64,000 nucleotides of DNA, from assembly GCA_965224085.1 (NCBI GenBank), contig CBDCYI010000005.1:1248001-1312000 (forward strand), in the 5' to 3' direction. Source of the stretch: Candidatus Marinacidobacterales bacterium (lineage in GTDB: Bacteria; Acidobacteriota; Vicinamibacteria; Marinacidobacterales; SMYC01). A program made the translations under genes and the position numbers. Below the pieces are notes generated by a model. It had not been told where the DNA came from and did no database searches. It saw only the letters and a list, made by a program, of their open reading frames with translations. Below, in pieces: positions 1 through 9,245 of the stretch (its first letter is position 1; every line of letters begins with the position of its first letter).

Positions 1-500
1 AGACGGATCGTGACTTTGAGCGGGACGGAATAGGTCATCCCCCGCTCCTGGCACTCTTCCATGTCATATTTGAGCTTCAAGGCAACAGAATCGCCGCAGG
101 TGTCGCAGACGCTCCCGCGGTTCTCGTTGCTTTTGCCGCAGGAGCGGCAAGCGATCTCGCGCTCCCCGAGCGGGTTGGTGCGGAGCGTGGTGCCACAGCT
201 GGTGCATTTGCGACGTAGGTGCGACAGGCCTTCGAGCTTGCCGCACTTACATTCCCAGACCCCGATCGCATATTCAACGAACTGGAGTTCGCAGTTCTCG
301 CGAAAATCGGTGATCGGGAAGATGGACTTGAACACCGCTTGAAGGCCGAGGTCCTGGCGCTCGGAGGCGAGCAAGTTCATTTGGAGAAAACGATCGTAGG
401 ATTTCCGCTGGATCTCGATCAAATTGGGGATGGGGATCATCGCTTTGATGCGAGAGAAATCCACGCGTTCACGATAAGGATTGACCGCAACTTTTCGCAT
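1..500 (-). CDS. rpoB: RNA polymerase beta subunit, 5' part (runs off window)
   Basis: Manual translation from ATG at 500: MRKVAVNPYRERVDFSRIKAMIPIPNLIEIQRKSYDRFLQ...GLQAVFKSIFPITDF...YDMEECQERGMTYSVPLKVTIR; follows rplL; SD AGGAG upstream. Confidence 0.97.
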   Translation of the reverse strand, partial: MRKVAVNPYRERVDFSRIKAMIPIPNLIEIQRKSYDRFLQMNLLASERQDLGLQAVFKSIFPITDFRENCELQFVEYAIGVWECKCGKLEGLSHLRRKCTSCGTTLRTNPLGEREIACRSCGKSNENRGSVCDTCGDSVALKLKYDMEECQERGMTYSVPLKVTIR

Positions 501-652
501 TCCAGCTCCTAACGCGACGGGACCGCGAATGAACGTCCGTCGCGCGCTATCAGCTTTCGGCTTTCAGCTATCAGTAAAAGCAACGGGCTGAAGGCACATC
601 TCGACTGTGTCCTTATGACCCTAGTTGGCGATTTTTCGACTGTCAACAAGAG

Positions 653-1036
653 CTATTTCAGCTCCACCTGTGCTCCCGCAGCCTCGAACTTCTTCTTGAC
701 CTCTTCGGCCTCGTCCTTCGGAATACCCTCTTTGACGGCCTTTGGTGCAGCCTCGACGAGATCCTTGGCTTCCTTCAAACCGAGGCTCGTAACTTCGCGC
801 ACCGCTTTGATGACATTGATCTTCTTGTCTCCGATGGCGGTGAGAATCACGTCGAACTCAGTCTTCTCTTCGGCCGCTTCGCCGCCCGCTCCAGGGACCG
901 CGACCGCCGCCACGGGGACGGCGGCGGCGGCTTGCACGCCTAGCTCGTCCTCGAGCGTCTTGACCATCTCGGAAACTTCCAAGACAGACATGCCCTTGAT
1001 GTAGTCGATTACATCTTTTTGGTTTAATTCAGCCAT
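653..1036 (-). CDS. rplL: 50S ribosomal protein L7/L12
   Basis: [10 protein letters not shown]...[25 protein letters not shown]. Confidence 0.99.
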   Translation of the reverse strand: MAELNQKDVIDYIKGMSVLEVSEMVKTLEDELGVQAAAAVPVAAVAVPGAGGEAAEEKTEFDVILTAIGDKKINVIKAVREVTSLGLKEAKDLVEAAPKAVKEGIPKDEAEEVKKKFEAAGAQVELK

Positions 1037-1072
1037 TTTATTTCATTGCTCCTTTAATCGTGTTTCGATGGG

Positions 1073-1606
1073 CTACCCGCTACCGGTCTCGGTTTCAGCT
1101 TTTGCAGCTTTCGCCTTCAATACCAGAACCAAGTCTCGTGCGGGGGCTTGCAGGACGCCCAGGAGATTGCGGATTCCGGCCTGCAGCACCGAGAGCAGCT
1201 GCGCGTAGAGCGCCTCCCTGCTAGGGAGCGACGCAAGCGCCTTGAACTGCGCTTCGTCGACTTCTTGGCCCGCGAGAACGCCGCCCTTGAAAGCGATGGC
1301 CGGAACGCCCTTCGCGAAGTCGTGTATCGCTTTCGCCAAAGCGACGGGGTCGGTCTCGGTAAAGGCCAGCCCGGTCATCCCCTCGAGATGCGACTCGAGC
1401 GACGTAAGAATCGTGCCTTCGAGCGCGCGCCTCGTCAGCGTGTTCTTGACGACTTGATAGCTTCCGCCTGTCTCGCGAATTTTGTTTCGAAACTCCGTCG
1501 CTTCCTCGACTTTGAGACCGCGATAATCCACGGCGAAAACGGCCGCGATCCCACCGAGCTTTTCGTTCAGAGCCTCGACGGCAGCTTGTTTTTCTGCTCG
1601 TTCCAC
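1073..1606 (-). CDS. rplJ: 50S ribosomal protein L10
   Basis: DYRGLKV, VVKNTL, LASLPSRE motifs; operon position. Confidence 0.98.
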   Translation of the reverse strand: MERAEKQAAVEALNEKLGGIAAVFAVDYRGLKVEEATEFRNKIRETGGSYQVVKNTLTRRALEGTILTSLESHLEGMTGLAFTETDPVALAKAIHDFAKGVPAIAFKGGVLAGQEVDEAQFKALASLPSREALYAQLLSVLQAGIRNLLGVLQAPARDLVLVLKAKAAKAETETGSG

Positions 1607-1617
1607 GACGAAATCCT

Positions 1618-2331
1618 TTACTTCCCACCCACGATGGCGGCGGCGGTGGCAGGATCAATGCGAATGCCCGGCCCCATCGTGGAGGAGATGGCGATGCTCT
1701 TGATGTACTTGCCCTTGGCAGCCGCGGGCTTCGCCTTCACGACCATATCGATGAGCGTTTTCAAGTTCTCGAGGAGCTTGTCGTCCGAGAACGACAACTT
1801 GCCGACGGGCGCATGAACGATGGCGGTCTTGTCCACGCGAAACTCTACTTTACCGGCTTTAATTTCCTCGACGGCCTTTTTGACCTCGAAAGTGACCGTA
1901 CCCGTCTTGGGGTTGGGCATGAGCCCGCGCGGCCCGAGGATCTTGCCGAGCTTGCCGACGCTGCGCATGACGTCCGGAGTCGCCACCACCGCGTCGAAAT
2001 CCATGAAGCCCTTCTGAATCTTCTCGACGACGACGTCGCCTCCAACGATGTCGGCGCCAGCCTCTTCCGCCTCCTTCAACTTCTCACCGCTCGCGATGAC
2101 ACAGACGCGACGTGAAACGCCGAGCCCGTTCGGAAGCACCACCGTGCCGCGTACCATCTGATCCGCATGCTTCGGGTTGACCCCGAGCCGCATCGCGAGC
2201 TCGAGCGTCTCGTCGAAGCCAGCAAACTTGGCGCTCTTCACACGCGCGATCGCGCTCTCGAGGCTCTCCGAATGCTCAGAGCCCGCCTCTTCCTTAGCCT
2301 TCAAGAATTTCTTGCCTTGCTTGCGTGACAT
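1618..2331 (-). CDS. rplA: 50S ribosomal protein L1
   Basis: [31 protein letters not shown]. Confidence 0.99.
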   Translation of the reverse strand: MSRKQGKKFLKAKEEAGSEHSESLESAIARVKSAKFAGFDETLELAMRLGVNPKHADQMVRGTVVLPNGLGVSRRVCVIASGEKLKEAEEAGADIVGGDVVVEKIQKGFMDFDAVVATPDVMRSVGKLGKILGPRGLMPNPKTGTVTFEVKKAVEEIKAGKVEFRVDKTAIVHAPVGKLSFSDDKLLENLKTLIDMVVKAKPAAAKGKYIKSIAISSTMGPGIRIDPATAAAIVGGK

Positions 2332-2334
2332 GAT

Positions 2335-2760
2335 TCAACCCTCGACCGTAAGACCCATGCTCCGCGCCGTGCCCGCGATGATCTTCTTCGCCGCGTCGAT
2401 ATCGGCCGCGTTCAGATCGGGCATCTTGGTCTTGGCTATCTCCTCTACTTGCTTGTCTGTGACCGTCCCCACCTTGTCCCGGTTGGGCTCTCCCGACCCC
2501 TTTGCGATACCGGCGGCGCGCTTGAGGAGCACGGCGGCCGGGGGCGTCTTGGTGATGAAGGAATAGGAACGGTCTTGATAGACCGTGATGACGACCGGAA
2601 TGATGAGCCCTTCTTGCTTCGCCGTTCTCGCGTTGAAAGCCTTGCAAAAATCCATGATGTTGACTTGGTGCTGACCCAGAGCCGGGCCCACGGGCGGCGC
2701 TGGGGTCGCCTTGCCAGCCGGGATTTGCAGCTTGATCAACCCTACGATTTTTTTCGCCAT
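2335..2760 (-). CDS. rplK: 50S ribosomal protein L11
   Basis: [28 protein letters not shown]. Confidence 0.99.
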   Translation of the reverse strand: MAKKIVGLIKLQIPAGKATPAPPVGPALGQHQVNIMDFCKAFNARTAKQEGLIIPVVITVYQDRSYSFITKTPPAAVLLKRAAGIAKGSGEPNRDKVGTVTDKQVEEIAKTKMPDLNAADIDAAKKIIAGTARSMGLTVEG

Positions 2761-2799
2761 TGTTTTTCAGTTCCAGTTTTCCGCTTCAGAGCTAGTGCA

Positions 2800-3333
2800 C
2801 TAGGTCTTTTCCACCTGGAGGAAGTCGAGCTCCACTGGAGTCGAGCGCCCGAAAATCGTGACCATCACCTTCAACGTGTTGCGGTCGGAATTGACTTCGT
2901 CCACCACTCCGGAAAAATTGCTGAACGGGCCATCGATGATGCGCACACTCTCGCCGCAGTCGAACGTATATTTTGGCTTCGGCTTCTCGGCGGCCGCGAC
3001 CGTGACTTGATGGATGACTTGCTCCACCTCTTCGTCGGTCAAAGGGGCCGGTTTCTGGCCCGCGCCGACGAAGCCCGTCACCTTCGGTGTGTTCTTTACG
3101 ACGTGCCACGTCTCGTCGTTCATCTCCATCTGGACGAGCACGTAGCCCGGAAAGAAACGCTTCGCGCTCACGACCTTCTTGCCGCCCTTCATCTCGACCA
3201 CGTCTTCTGTCGGGATGAGAACGTCACCGATTTGCTCCTCGAGACCGAATGCCTGAACCCGTTGTTTGAGGCTCTCGGACACTTTCTTCTCGAAGCCAGA
3301 ATAGGTGTGGACGATGTACCACTGCTTGGTCAT
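2800..3333 (-). CDS. nusG: Transcription termination/antitermination factor NusG
   Basis: [25 protein letters not shown] domain [12 protein letters not shown]; start moved to ATG at 3333. Confidence 0.97.
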   Translation of the reverse strand: MTKQWYIVHTYSGFEKKVSESLKQRVQAFGLEEQIGDVLIPTEDVVEMKGGKKVVSAKRFFPGYVLVQMEMNDETWHVVKNTPKVTGFVGAGQKPAPLTDEEVEQVIHQVTVAAAEKPKPKYTFDCGESVRIIDGPFSNFSGVVDEVNSDRNTLKVMVTIFGRSTPVELDFLQVEKT

Positions 3334-3474
3334 GGTCGTACTCAACTTTAGTGCTCGCTCTTTCTTGTCCCTTGCGCCGAGCTCGCTGGCCGCGCTCCTC
3401 GCGCGGTCTCCCGGCCCATTCGGGCCGTGGGAGCGTTGCGAGCGCAGGGTGCCGATGAACAACTGTTGGGCACC

Positions 3475-3687
3475 CTAGGTTCCCACCAACCGGGTCAACG
3501 CGGCGGCGAGATAAGACATCGCCACATCCATTCCGTAGAGATAAAAGCCGAAAAAGAACACTGTAATAATGACGACGACGGTGGTGCCGTAGACCTCTTT
3601 CCGGGGAGGCCAGGTCACCTTCTTGAACTCGGCTCGCACCTCGACGAGGAACGCATTCGCTCTCTTTGGATATTCGAGAATATTCAC
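3475..3687 (-). CDS. secE: Preprotein translocase subunit SecE
   Basis: EFKKVTWPPRKE plus one TM helix; upstream of nusG. Confidence 0.96.
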   Translation of the reverse strand: MNILEYPKRANAFLVEVRAEFKKVTWPPRKEVYGTTVVVIITVFFFGFYLYGMDVAMSYLAAALTRLVGT

Positions 3688-3739
3688 TTCGTCACCATTT
3701 CGTTATGAATCCACAAACTCGGCCGCAGCGCGGGGCGTC

Positions 3740-3815
3740 TGGCAGGCCAGGAGGGACTTGAACCCCCAACCCCCGGTTTTGGAGACCGGTGCTCTGCCAA
3801 TTGAGCTACTGGCCT
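3740..3815 (-). tRNA. tRNA-Trp(CCA)
   Basis: AGGCCAGTAGCTCAATTGGCAGAGCACCGGTCTCCAAAACCGG...GGTTCAAGTCC...CTGGCCTGCCA cloverleaf. Confidence 0.97.
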
Positions 3816-3966
3816 ACTTCGACTCCTTGTGAAGAACGTGCGTTCGGCAAAAAGGGCAATATTTCTTGAGCTGCAATCGATCCGGCGTCTTCTTCTTGTT
3901 GCGCGTCGTCGAATAGTTCCGGCGCTTACAATCGGAGCAGGCCATTGAGACAATTTCGCGTGCCAT
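3814..3966 (-). CDS. rpmG: 50S ribosomal protein L33, Zn-ribbon (C+) type; not in ORF track
   Basis: Manual translation [50 protein letters not shown]. Confidence 0.97.
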   Translation of the reverse strand: MAREIVSMACSDCKRRNYSTTRNKKKTPDRLQLKKYCPFCRTHVLHKESK

Positions 3967-3994
3967 GCCGTGTCTAGCTCCTTTCTAAATATCG

Positions 3995-5185
3995 TCACTC
4001 GATGACGTCGGTTACGGTTCCGGCGCCGACGGTGCGGCCGCCTTCGCGGATGGCGAAGCGCAGGCCCTTCTCGATCGCGATCGGCGTGCCGAGCTCGATC
4101 GCGAGCGACGTGTTGTCCCCCGGCATCACCATCTCGACGCCATCGTTCAGCGTCGATGAGCCCGTGACATCCGTCGTACGGAAGTAGAACTGCGGACGGT
4201 AGCCGTTGAAGAACGGCGTGTGGCGCCCGCCTTCTTCTTTCGACAATACATATACCTCCGCCTTGAATTTCGTGTGCGGCGTGATCGAGCCCGGCTTCGC
4301 CAGTACCATCCCTCGCGCGACGTCGCTACGCTCCGTGCCACGAAGAAGGACACCCACATTGTCGCCCGCCTGACCTTCGTCCAGGAGCTTCTTGAACATC
4401 TCCACGCCCGTCACCACTTTCTTGCGCGTCTCGCTGATCCCCACGATCTCCACTTCTTCGCTGACCTTCACGATCCCGCGCTCGATCCGGCCCGTCACGA
4501 CCGTCCCACGCCCTGAAATCGAGAACACATCCTCGATCGGCATCAGGAAATCCTTCTCCACGTCGCGCTCCGGGACCGGGATGTACTCGTCGAGCGCCGC
4601 CAACAGCTCGTGGATCGGCTTCGTGTCCTCTTCCGATTCGCCCTCGAGCGCTTTCAACGCGCTGCCGCGAATGAACGGGATATCCTCGCCAGGAAACTCG
4701 TATTGCGACAGGAGCTCTTGCACTTCCAGCTCCACCAAGTCCAGAAGCTCCGGATCGTCCACCATGTCCACTTTGTTCAGGAAAACTACGATGTACGGTA
4801 CGCCCACCTGACGCGCCAACAATATGTGCTCACGCGTCTGCGGCATCGGACCATCCGCCGCAGATACAACTACAATCGCGCCATCCATCTGCGCTGCTCC
4901 CGTGATCATGTTCTTCACGTAATCCGCGTGACCAGGACAGTCCACGTGCGCATAGTGACGGTTCTCCGTCGAGTACTCCACATGAGCCGTCGCGATCGTG
5001 ATGCCGCGCTCTCTTTCTTCCGGTGCGTTGTCGATCGAATCGAAGCTCCGGAAAGCTGTGTCCTTCGCTCCTTTTGCCAAAACCTTCGTGATGGCAGCCG
5101 TCAACGTCGTCTTTCCGTGGTCCACGTGACCAATCGTCCCAACGTTCAAATGCGGCTTACTTCGATCGAATTTTTCTTTCGACAT
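3995..5185 (-). CDS. tuf: Elongation factor Tu
   Basis: [28 protein letters not shown]. Confidence 0.99.
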   Translation of the reverse strand: MSKEKFDRSKPHLNVGTIGHVDHGKTTLTAAITKVLAKGAKDTAFRSFDSIDNAPEERERGITIATAHVEYSTENRHYAHVDCPGHADYVKNMITGAAQMDGAIVVVSAADGPMPQTREHILLARQVGVPYIVVFLNKVDMVDDPELLDLVELEVQELLSQYEFPGEDIPFIRGSALKALEGESEEDTKPIHELLAALDEYIPVPERDVEKDFLMPIEDVFSISGRGTVVTGRIERGIVKVSEEVEIVGISETRKKVVTGVEMFKKLLDEGQAGDNVGVLLRGTERSDVARGMVLAKPGSITPHTKFKAEVYVLSKEEGGRHTPFFNGYRPQFYFRTTDVTGSSTLNDGVEMVMPGDNTSLAIELGTPIAIEKGLRFAIREGGRTVGAGTVTDVIE

Positions 5186-5293
5186 CCTTCATCTCCATCA
5201 GGCCAACTTGCTGGCGCTCCGCCGCCCGCTCGAGCTCGATTGTCGCTCGTCTCATAATTTACCGGCTTTACGGGCCCTATCGCTCCTCGAAAA

Positions 5294-5368
<75 letters not shown>

Positions 5369-5401
5369 CCGTAATTGCTCGATTCCACTCCGTTGTGAAA
5401 C

Positions 5402-5477
5402 TGGAGCGGGAGACGGGACTCGGACCCGCGACCCTCAGCTTGGAAGGCTGATGCTCTACCAACTGAGCTACTCCCGC
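5402..5477 (-). tRNA. tRNA-Gly(TCC)
   Basis: GCGGGAGTAGCTCAGTTGGTAGAGCATCAGCCTTCCAAGCTGA...CCCGCTCCA; T-loop reads TCCGA. Confidence 0.94.
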
Positions 5478-5499
5478 CCGTAATCCTTTCCCCCGAGAT

Positions 5500-5586
5500 T
5501 GGTGGAGCGGGAAGGATTCGAACCTTCGAAGGCGCAAGGCCGGCAGGTTTACAGCCTGCTGCGTTTGACCGCTTCGCTACCACTCC
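5500..5586 (-). tRNA. tRNA-Tyr(GTA)
   Basis: GGAGTGGTAGCGAAGCGGTCAAACGCAGCAGGCTGTAAACCTGC, long variable arm, GTTCGAATCC...CTCCACCA. Confidence 0.96.
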
Positions 5587-5672
5587 AACACTCCACATGC
5601 GAGACGCAGACCTCATCGCCGTCAGTCGTTCGAATTTTTTGTCGGGGGTAGTCAAGAGAGCAATACTAATCG

Positions 5673-5748
5673 TGGGGCTGGCGAAGGGATTTGAACCCCC
5701 GACCGGCTGATTACAAATCAGCTGCTCTACCAACTGAGCTACGCCAGC
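5673..5748 (-). tRNA. tRNA-Thr(TGT)
   Basis: GCTGGCGTAGCTCAGTTGGTAGAGCAGCTGATTTGTAATCAGC...GTTCAAATCC...CCAGCCCCA; Thr-Tyr-Gly-Thr-tuf cluster. Confidence 0.96.
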
Positions 5749-5929
5749 TCGCAAACGTGTGATACTACCAGAAGGCGAACCGCTACTACAACGCATAAAA
5801 CACAGATTCAGAGACGACGGTCGAGGCGAGGCTTCCTCCTGGGAAAGCCTATAGTATAGCGTTCGAGAGAAGGAAAGCAAAATCTATTCCAGCATTCAGG
5901 ATTCAGGACCTTTTTTCGGTGATTCTCTC

Positions 5930-6658
5930 TCAGCTGGGAGAGCTTTGCTTTGTTCTTTGGCGCACTACTTCGTATAAGGTGATTCCGGCGGCTACGGATA
6001 CGTTTAGCGATTCTACCGAGCCTCTTTGAGGGAGGGAGACTAGGGTGTCGCAGGTTTTGGCTACTCTTCTTCTTAGGCCTCGGCCTTCCGAGCCTAGGAC
6101 TAGTACGACGGGTTCGGTGTAGTCGAAGTTGTGCCACGGAGCTTTGGCGTCTAGGGTTAGGCCTACAGACCAGATTCCCCTTTCTTTCATTTCGGTTAGG
6201 GCGTCTGCGAGGTTTCTTACGCGGGCGATTTTCGCATGATGGAGGGCGCCGGCGGAGGCGGATATCGCTGCTTCGGATGGTGGGGCGGTTTTGCGCTCCG
6301 GGACGACGGTCCCGTCGACGCCGGCGCCCTCCGCGGCGCGGACGACGGCGCCGAAGTTTCTCGGGTCCTCGATCTGGTCCAGAGCGAGAAAAAAAGCTGG
6401 GGTTTTGGCGTCTTGAAGAAGTTCGTGAAAGTCGGACCACTCGAAAGCGACGAGTTCGGCCAAAACACCTTGAGTACCGACGCGATCGCGGGGCTCGCGG
6501 TAGACAGGGATTCCGCTCTCGCGGGCGAGGGATATGATCTCGCGCTTGCGTCCGTCCAGCGAACCTTCGGTGACGACGATTTTGCGGACGCTCTGGGGTG
6601 CGGCCCTCAGTGCTTCGCGTACCGCGTGGATGCCGCAGATGGTGTTCACTACGTTCAC
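5930..6658 (-). CDS. rlmB: 23S rRNA (Gm2251) 2'-O-methyltransferase, SpoU family
   Basis: GIHAVREAL, LDQIEDPRNFGAVVR, VLGSEGRGL, ESLNVSVA. Confidence 0.93.
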   Translation of the reverse strand: MNVVNTICGIHAVREALRAAPQSVRKIVVTEGSLDGRKREIISLARESGIPVYREPRDRVGTQGVLAELVAFEWSDFHELLQDAKTPAFFLALDQIEDPRNFGAVVRAAEGAGVDGTVVPERKTAPPSEAAISASAGALHHAKIARVRNLADALTEMKERGIWSVGLTLDAKAPWHNFDYTEPVVLVLGSEGRGLRRRVAKTCDTLVSLPQRGSVESLNVSVAAGITLYEVVRQRTKQSSPS

Positions 6659-7134
6659 GACGACGTCACGGTCACCACAGCCTGGACAGCGATGCCTTCA
6701 GCCCTGCCGGTGAACCCCATCCCGTCCGTCGTCGTGGCTTTGAGCCCGACCGCGTCTTCGGGAATGCCGAGGATCTCGGAGAGCCTTGTTCTGATGGACG
6801 GGAGATAGGCGCTCAGCTTCGGCGCTTCGGCGATGACGACCACGTCGACTTGCTGCGGGCGAAAGCCTTTTTCTTCCGCAACCGTTCGCGCCTTCTCGAG
6901 GAAGAGTTGACTCGAAGCGCCTTCCCATTGGGGATCGCTCGCGAGGAAGAGCGAGCCGATATCGGGGGCGGCTACCGCGCCTAGGAGCGCGTCGGTGAGC
7001 GCGTGTAAGAGCACATCTGCGTCCGAGTGGCCTTCGAGACCACGCTCGTACTCGATGGTCTCGCCACCGAGAACAAGCTTTCTTCCCGGAGCGAGGCGAT
7101 GGGCATCGAAGCCGATCCCGACGCGTATGCTCAC
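6655..7134 (-). CDS. ispF: 2-C-methyl-D-erythritol 2,4-cyclodiphosphate synthase
   Basis: RVGIGFDAH, GHSDADVLLHALTDALLGA, DIG, KATT. Confidence 0.97.
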   Translation of the reverse strand: MSIRVGIGFDAHRLAPGRKLVLGGETIEYERGLEGHSDADVLLHALTDALLGAVAAPDIGSLFLASDPQWEGASSQLFLEKARTVAEEKGFRPQQVDVVVIAEAPKLSAYLPSIRTRLSEILGIPEDAVGLKATTTDGMGFTGRAEGIAVQAVVTVTSS

Positions 7135-7135
7135 G

Positions 7136-7834
7136 TCACGCCCTCCCGCGCTCCAGAAAATATTCGACGCGCGCGAAATCCTCGGGCGTCGTCACTTTGA
7201 TGTTGCATTCGCTCCCTAGAACGAGGCGAACAGCGACATCGAGCCTCTCGACGAGAGCCGCTTCGTCGGTCCCGACGAAACCGTCGTTGTGAGCACGCTC
7301 GAAGGCGCGGCGCAAGAGCCTATACTGGAAACATTGAGGCGTCTGTGCGCGACAAAAAGCTGCGCGATCGACGGTCTCGCGGATCGTGTGCTCATCCGCG
7401 AGAGCTTTCAAGGTCTCGACCACGGGCACGGCCGCGATCGCGGCTTTGTACGCCGCGGCGGCCTCGACCACACGCCCGATGAGCTCTCCGTCTGCGCAGG
7501 GGCGGGCGCCGTCATGCACCGCCACGATCCCGTCATAGGTCGCGTCGACGGCGGAAAGACCTTCCCACGTCGAAGCCTGCCGCGTTTCGCCGCCGGGAAC
7601 GAAATCTACCGGCTTGAGGTCCAAAAACGGCTCCATTATCCGACAGCTCTCACCGAAACCCTCGCGCGGCAACACGAGCACGATGCGCTCCACCGCCCGA
7701 CATCCGTCGAAATGGGAAAGCGCATGCGCCAGGAGCGGCTTTCCTCCTAGGGGGAGAAATTGCTTGGGTGTCAGAGCGCCGAAGCGGCTTCCCGTCCCGC
7801 CCGCAACGAGGATCGCGATGGCCGAAGCGCTCAC
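7136..7834 (-). CDS. ispD: 2-C-methyl-D-erythritol 4-phosphate cytidylyltransferase
   Basis: AGGTGSRF...PKQFL, VHDGARP, AQTPQ, NIKVTTPED; start GTG at 7834 overlaps plsC stop. Confidence 0.95.
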   Translation of the reverse strand: MSASAIAILVAGGTGSRFGALTPKQFLPLGGKPLLAHALSHFDGCRAVERIVLVLPREGFGESCRIMEPFLDLKPVDFVPGGETRQASTWEGLSAVDATYDGIVAVHDGARPCADGELIGRVVEAAAAYKAAIAAVPVVETLKALADEHTIRETVDRAAFCRAQTPQCFQYRLLRRAFERAHNDGFVGTDEAALVERLDVAVRLVLGSECNIKVTTPEDFARVEYFLERGRA

Positions 7835-8604
7835 GGTGTCCTCGCACTCTCGAGAGTCTCGCTCACGACGGCTCGTACGGTGTCGAGAAGCTTGCCGGCA
7901 TCCTCCTCCTCGAGGCCTTCGACCGGAACGGGTCGGTCTACGATGAGCTTTACCGTGCGCGGATAGACGGTGACGCGGCCGCGCTTCATCACGAGATGGC
8001 TGCCCACGATGGTCATCGGAACGACAGGGGTCGCCGCCTTGAGCGCCAGGCGAAAGCTCCCTTTCTTGAACGGCCGCATCAAGCCATCGTAGCTCCTCGT
8101 ACCCTCGGGAAATACGACGACCGAGGTTCCGGCCCGGATCTTGTCCGCGGCGAGGACGAGGCTCTCCCGCGCTCTCGTCGGATTTGTCCGATCGACGCCG
8201 ATATGACCGCTCAAGAACACGTGCCAACCGAGAAACGGAATCCGGTTGAGCGATTTCTTATAGAGGAAGCGAAACGACACCGGCAAATAAGCGAGGAGGA
8301 TGGGCGTGTCGAAGAGACTCTGATGGTTCGAGGCCAAAACGTAGGTTTGACCCGGCTCGAGATTCTCCGCTCCTTCGACTTCGACGCGGATCATGCACGT
8401 CTTCAGGATGAGCCAGGACCACAAGCTCGCGACGCGATGAGACGGTTGACCGCTCCGGAACAAGACTGCGAGCACCATCGACACCGCGCCGCAGCCGATC
8501 GTGTAGAGGGTAACGAGCGGAATGAACCAGAAAAGCGTTCGCAGCTTGAGCCAGGCGATGGAGTTATCCACAGCGGAGAAATTTAACGACAAAGGCACGA
8601 ACAC
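7831..8604 (-). CDS. plsC: 1-acyl-sn-glycerol-3-phosphate acyltransferase
   Basis: NHQSLFD, FPEGTRS, FKKGSF. Confidence 0.9.
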   Translation of the reverse strand: MFVPLSLNFSAVDNSIAWLKLRTLFWFIPLVTLYTIGCGAVSMVLAVLFRSGQPSHRVASLWSWLILKTCMIRVEVEGAENLEPGQTYVLASNHQSLFDTPILLAYLPVSFRFLYKKSLNRIPFLGWHVFLSGHIGVDRTNPTRARESLVLAADKIRAGTSVVVFPEGTRSYDGLMRPFKKGSFRLALKAATPVVPMTIVGSHLVMKRGRVTVYPRTVKLIVDRPVPVEGLEEEDAGKLLDTVRAVVSETLESARTP

Positions 8605-8629
8605 GCAAAAGTCGCAAGGGACCCAATAG

Positions 8630-9229
8630 CTATCGGGCCGCGGCGCGCTCAGCGGCAGACTCGATGGCTTTGCCGAAAATCATCTTGCCGGCGGTCGTCT
8701 GAAGCACGCTGGTGACGGTGACGTCCACGTTCTTCCCGAGGAGCTTTCGCGCGTTGTCGACCACCACCATTGTCCCGTCATCGAGATAGGCGACGCCCTG
8801 GTTGTACTCTTTGCCCTCTTTGAGGATGAAGACCCGCATGAACTCACCCGGGAGCACAACGGGCTTCAACGCGTTGGCGAGCTCGTTGATATTCAGCACC
8901 TGAACACCGCGAACTTGCGCGACTTTGTTCAAGTTGCGTGTTACTCGCCATGGGAGGTCGATCTTCGCGAGAGGAACGCTCAAAAGCAGCGCAAACAAGA
9001 CGCCCACGAGCGCTCCGAGGAACCCTCCGGCCACTTGCTTGGCGCTCATGGCGCGGATACGGGTCTCGAGAAAGATGATCGCGCCGCCGAGCACCGTGCC
9101 CAGGGCGAGGTTCACGGGAAAGCCCCCTGGAACAGGTTGGTAAGCGGCGGAAGCCGCGGCCATCCCCGCCAGTAGCAATCCGCGTATCGAAAGAATCCAC
9201 ATAATCGTCACTCTCGGAAATCGGACCAA
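8630..9229 (-). CDS. PIN/TRAM membrane protein (YacL family) apparently lacking most of the PIN domain
   Basis: N-terminal TM helices joined to [25 protein letters not shown]...[13 protein letters not shown]...[14 protein letters not shown]; radA-ispD synteny. Confidence 0.85.
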   Translation of the reverse strand: MVRFPRVTIMWILSIRGLLLAGMAAASAAYQPVPGGFPVNLALGTVLGGAIIFLETRIRAMSAKQVAGGFLGALVGVLFALLLSVPLAKIDLPWRVTRNLNKVAQVRGVQVLNINELANALKPVVLPGEFMRVFILKEGKEYNQGVAYLDDGTMVVVDNARKLLGKNVDVTVTSVLQTTAGKMIFGKAIESAAERAAAR

Positions 9230-9245
9230 TACATCGGTCCGCTTC

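Noticed and set aside
1607-1617. L10 leader RNA
   Set aside because: Only 11 bp separate rplA and rplJ
5930-6220. Diversity-generating retroelement variable region
   Set aside because: Changes look synonymous and toward A; no template repeat or reverse transcriptase in the window
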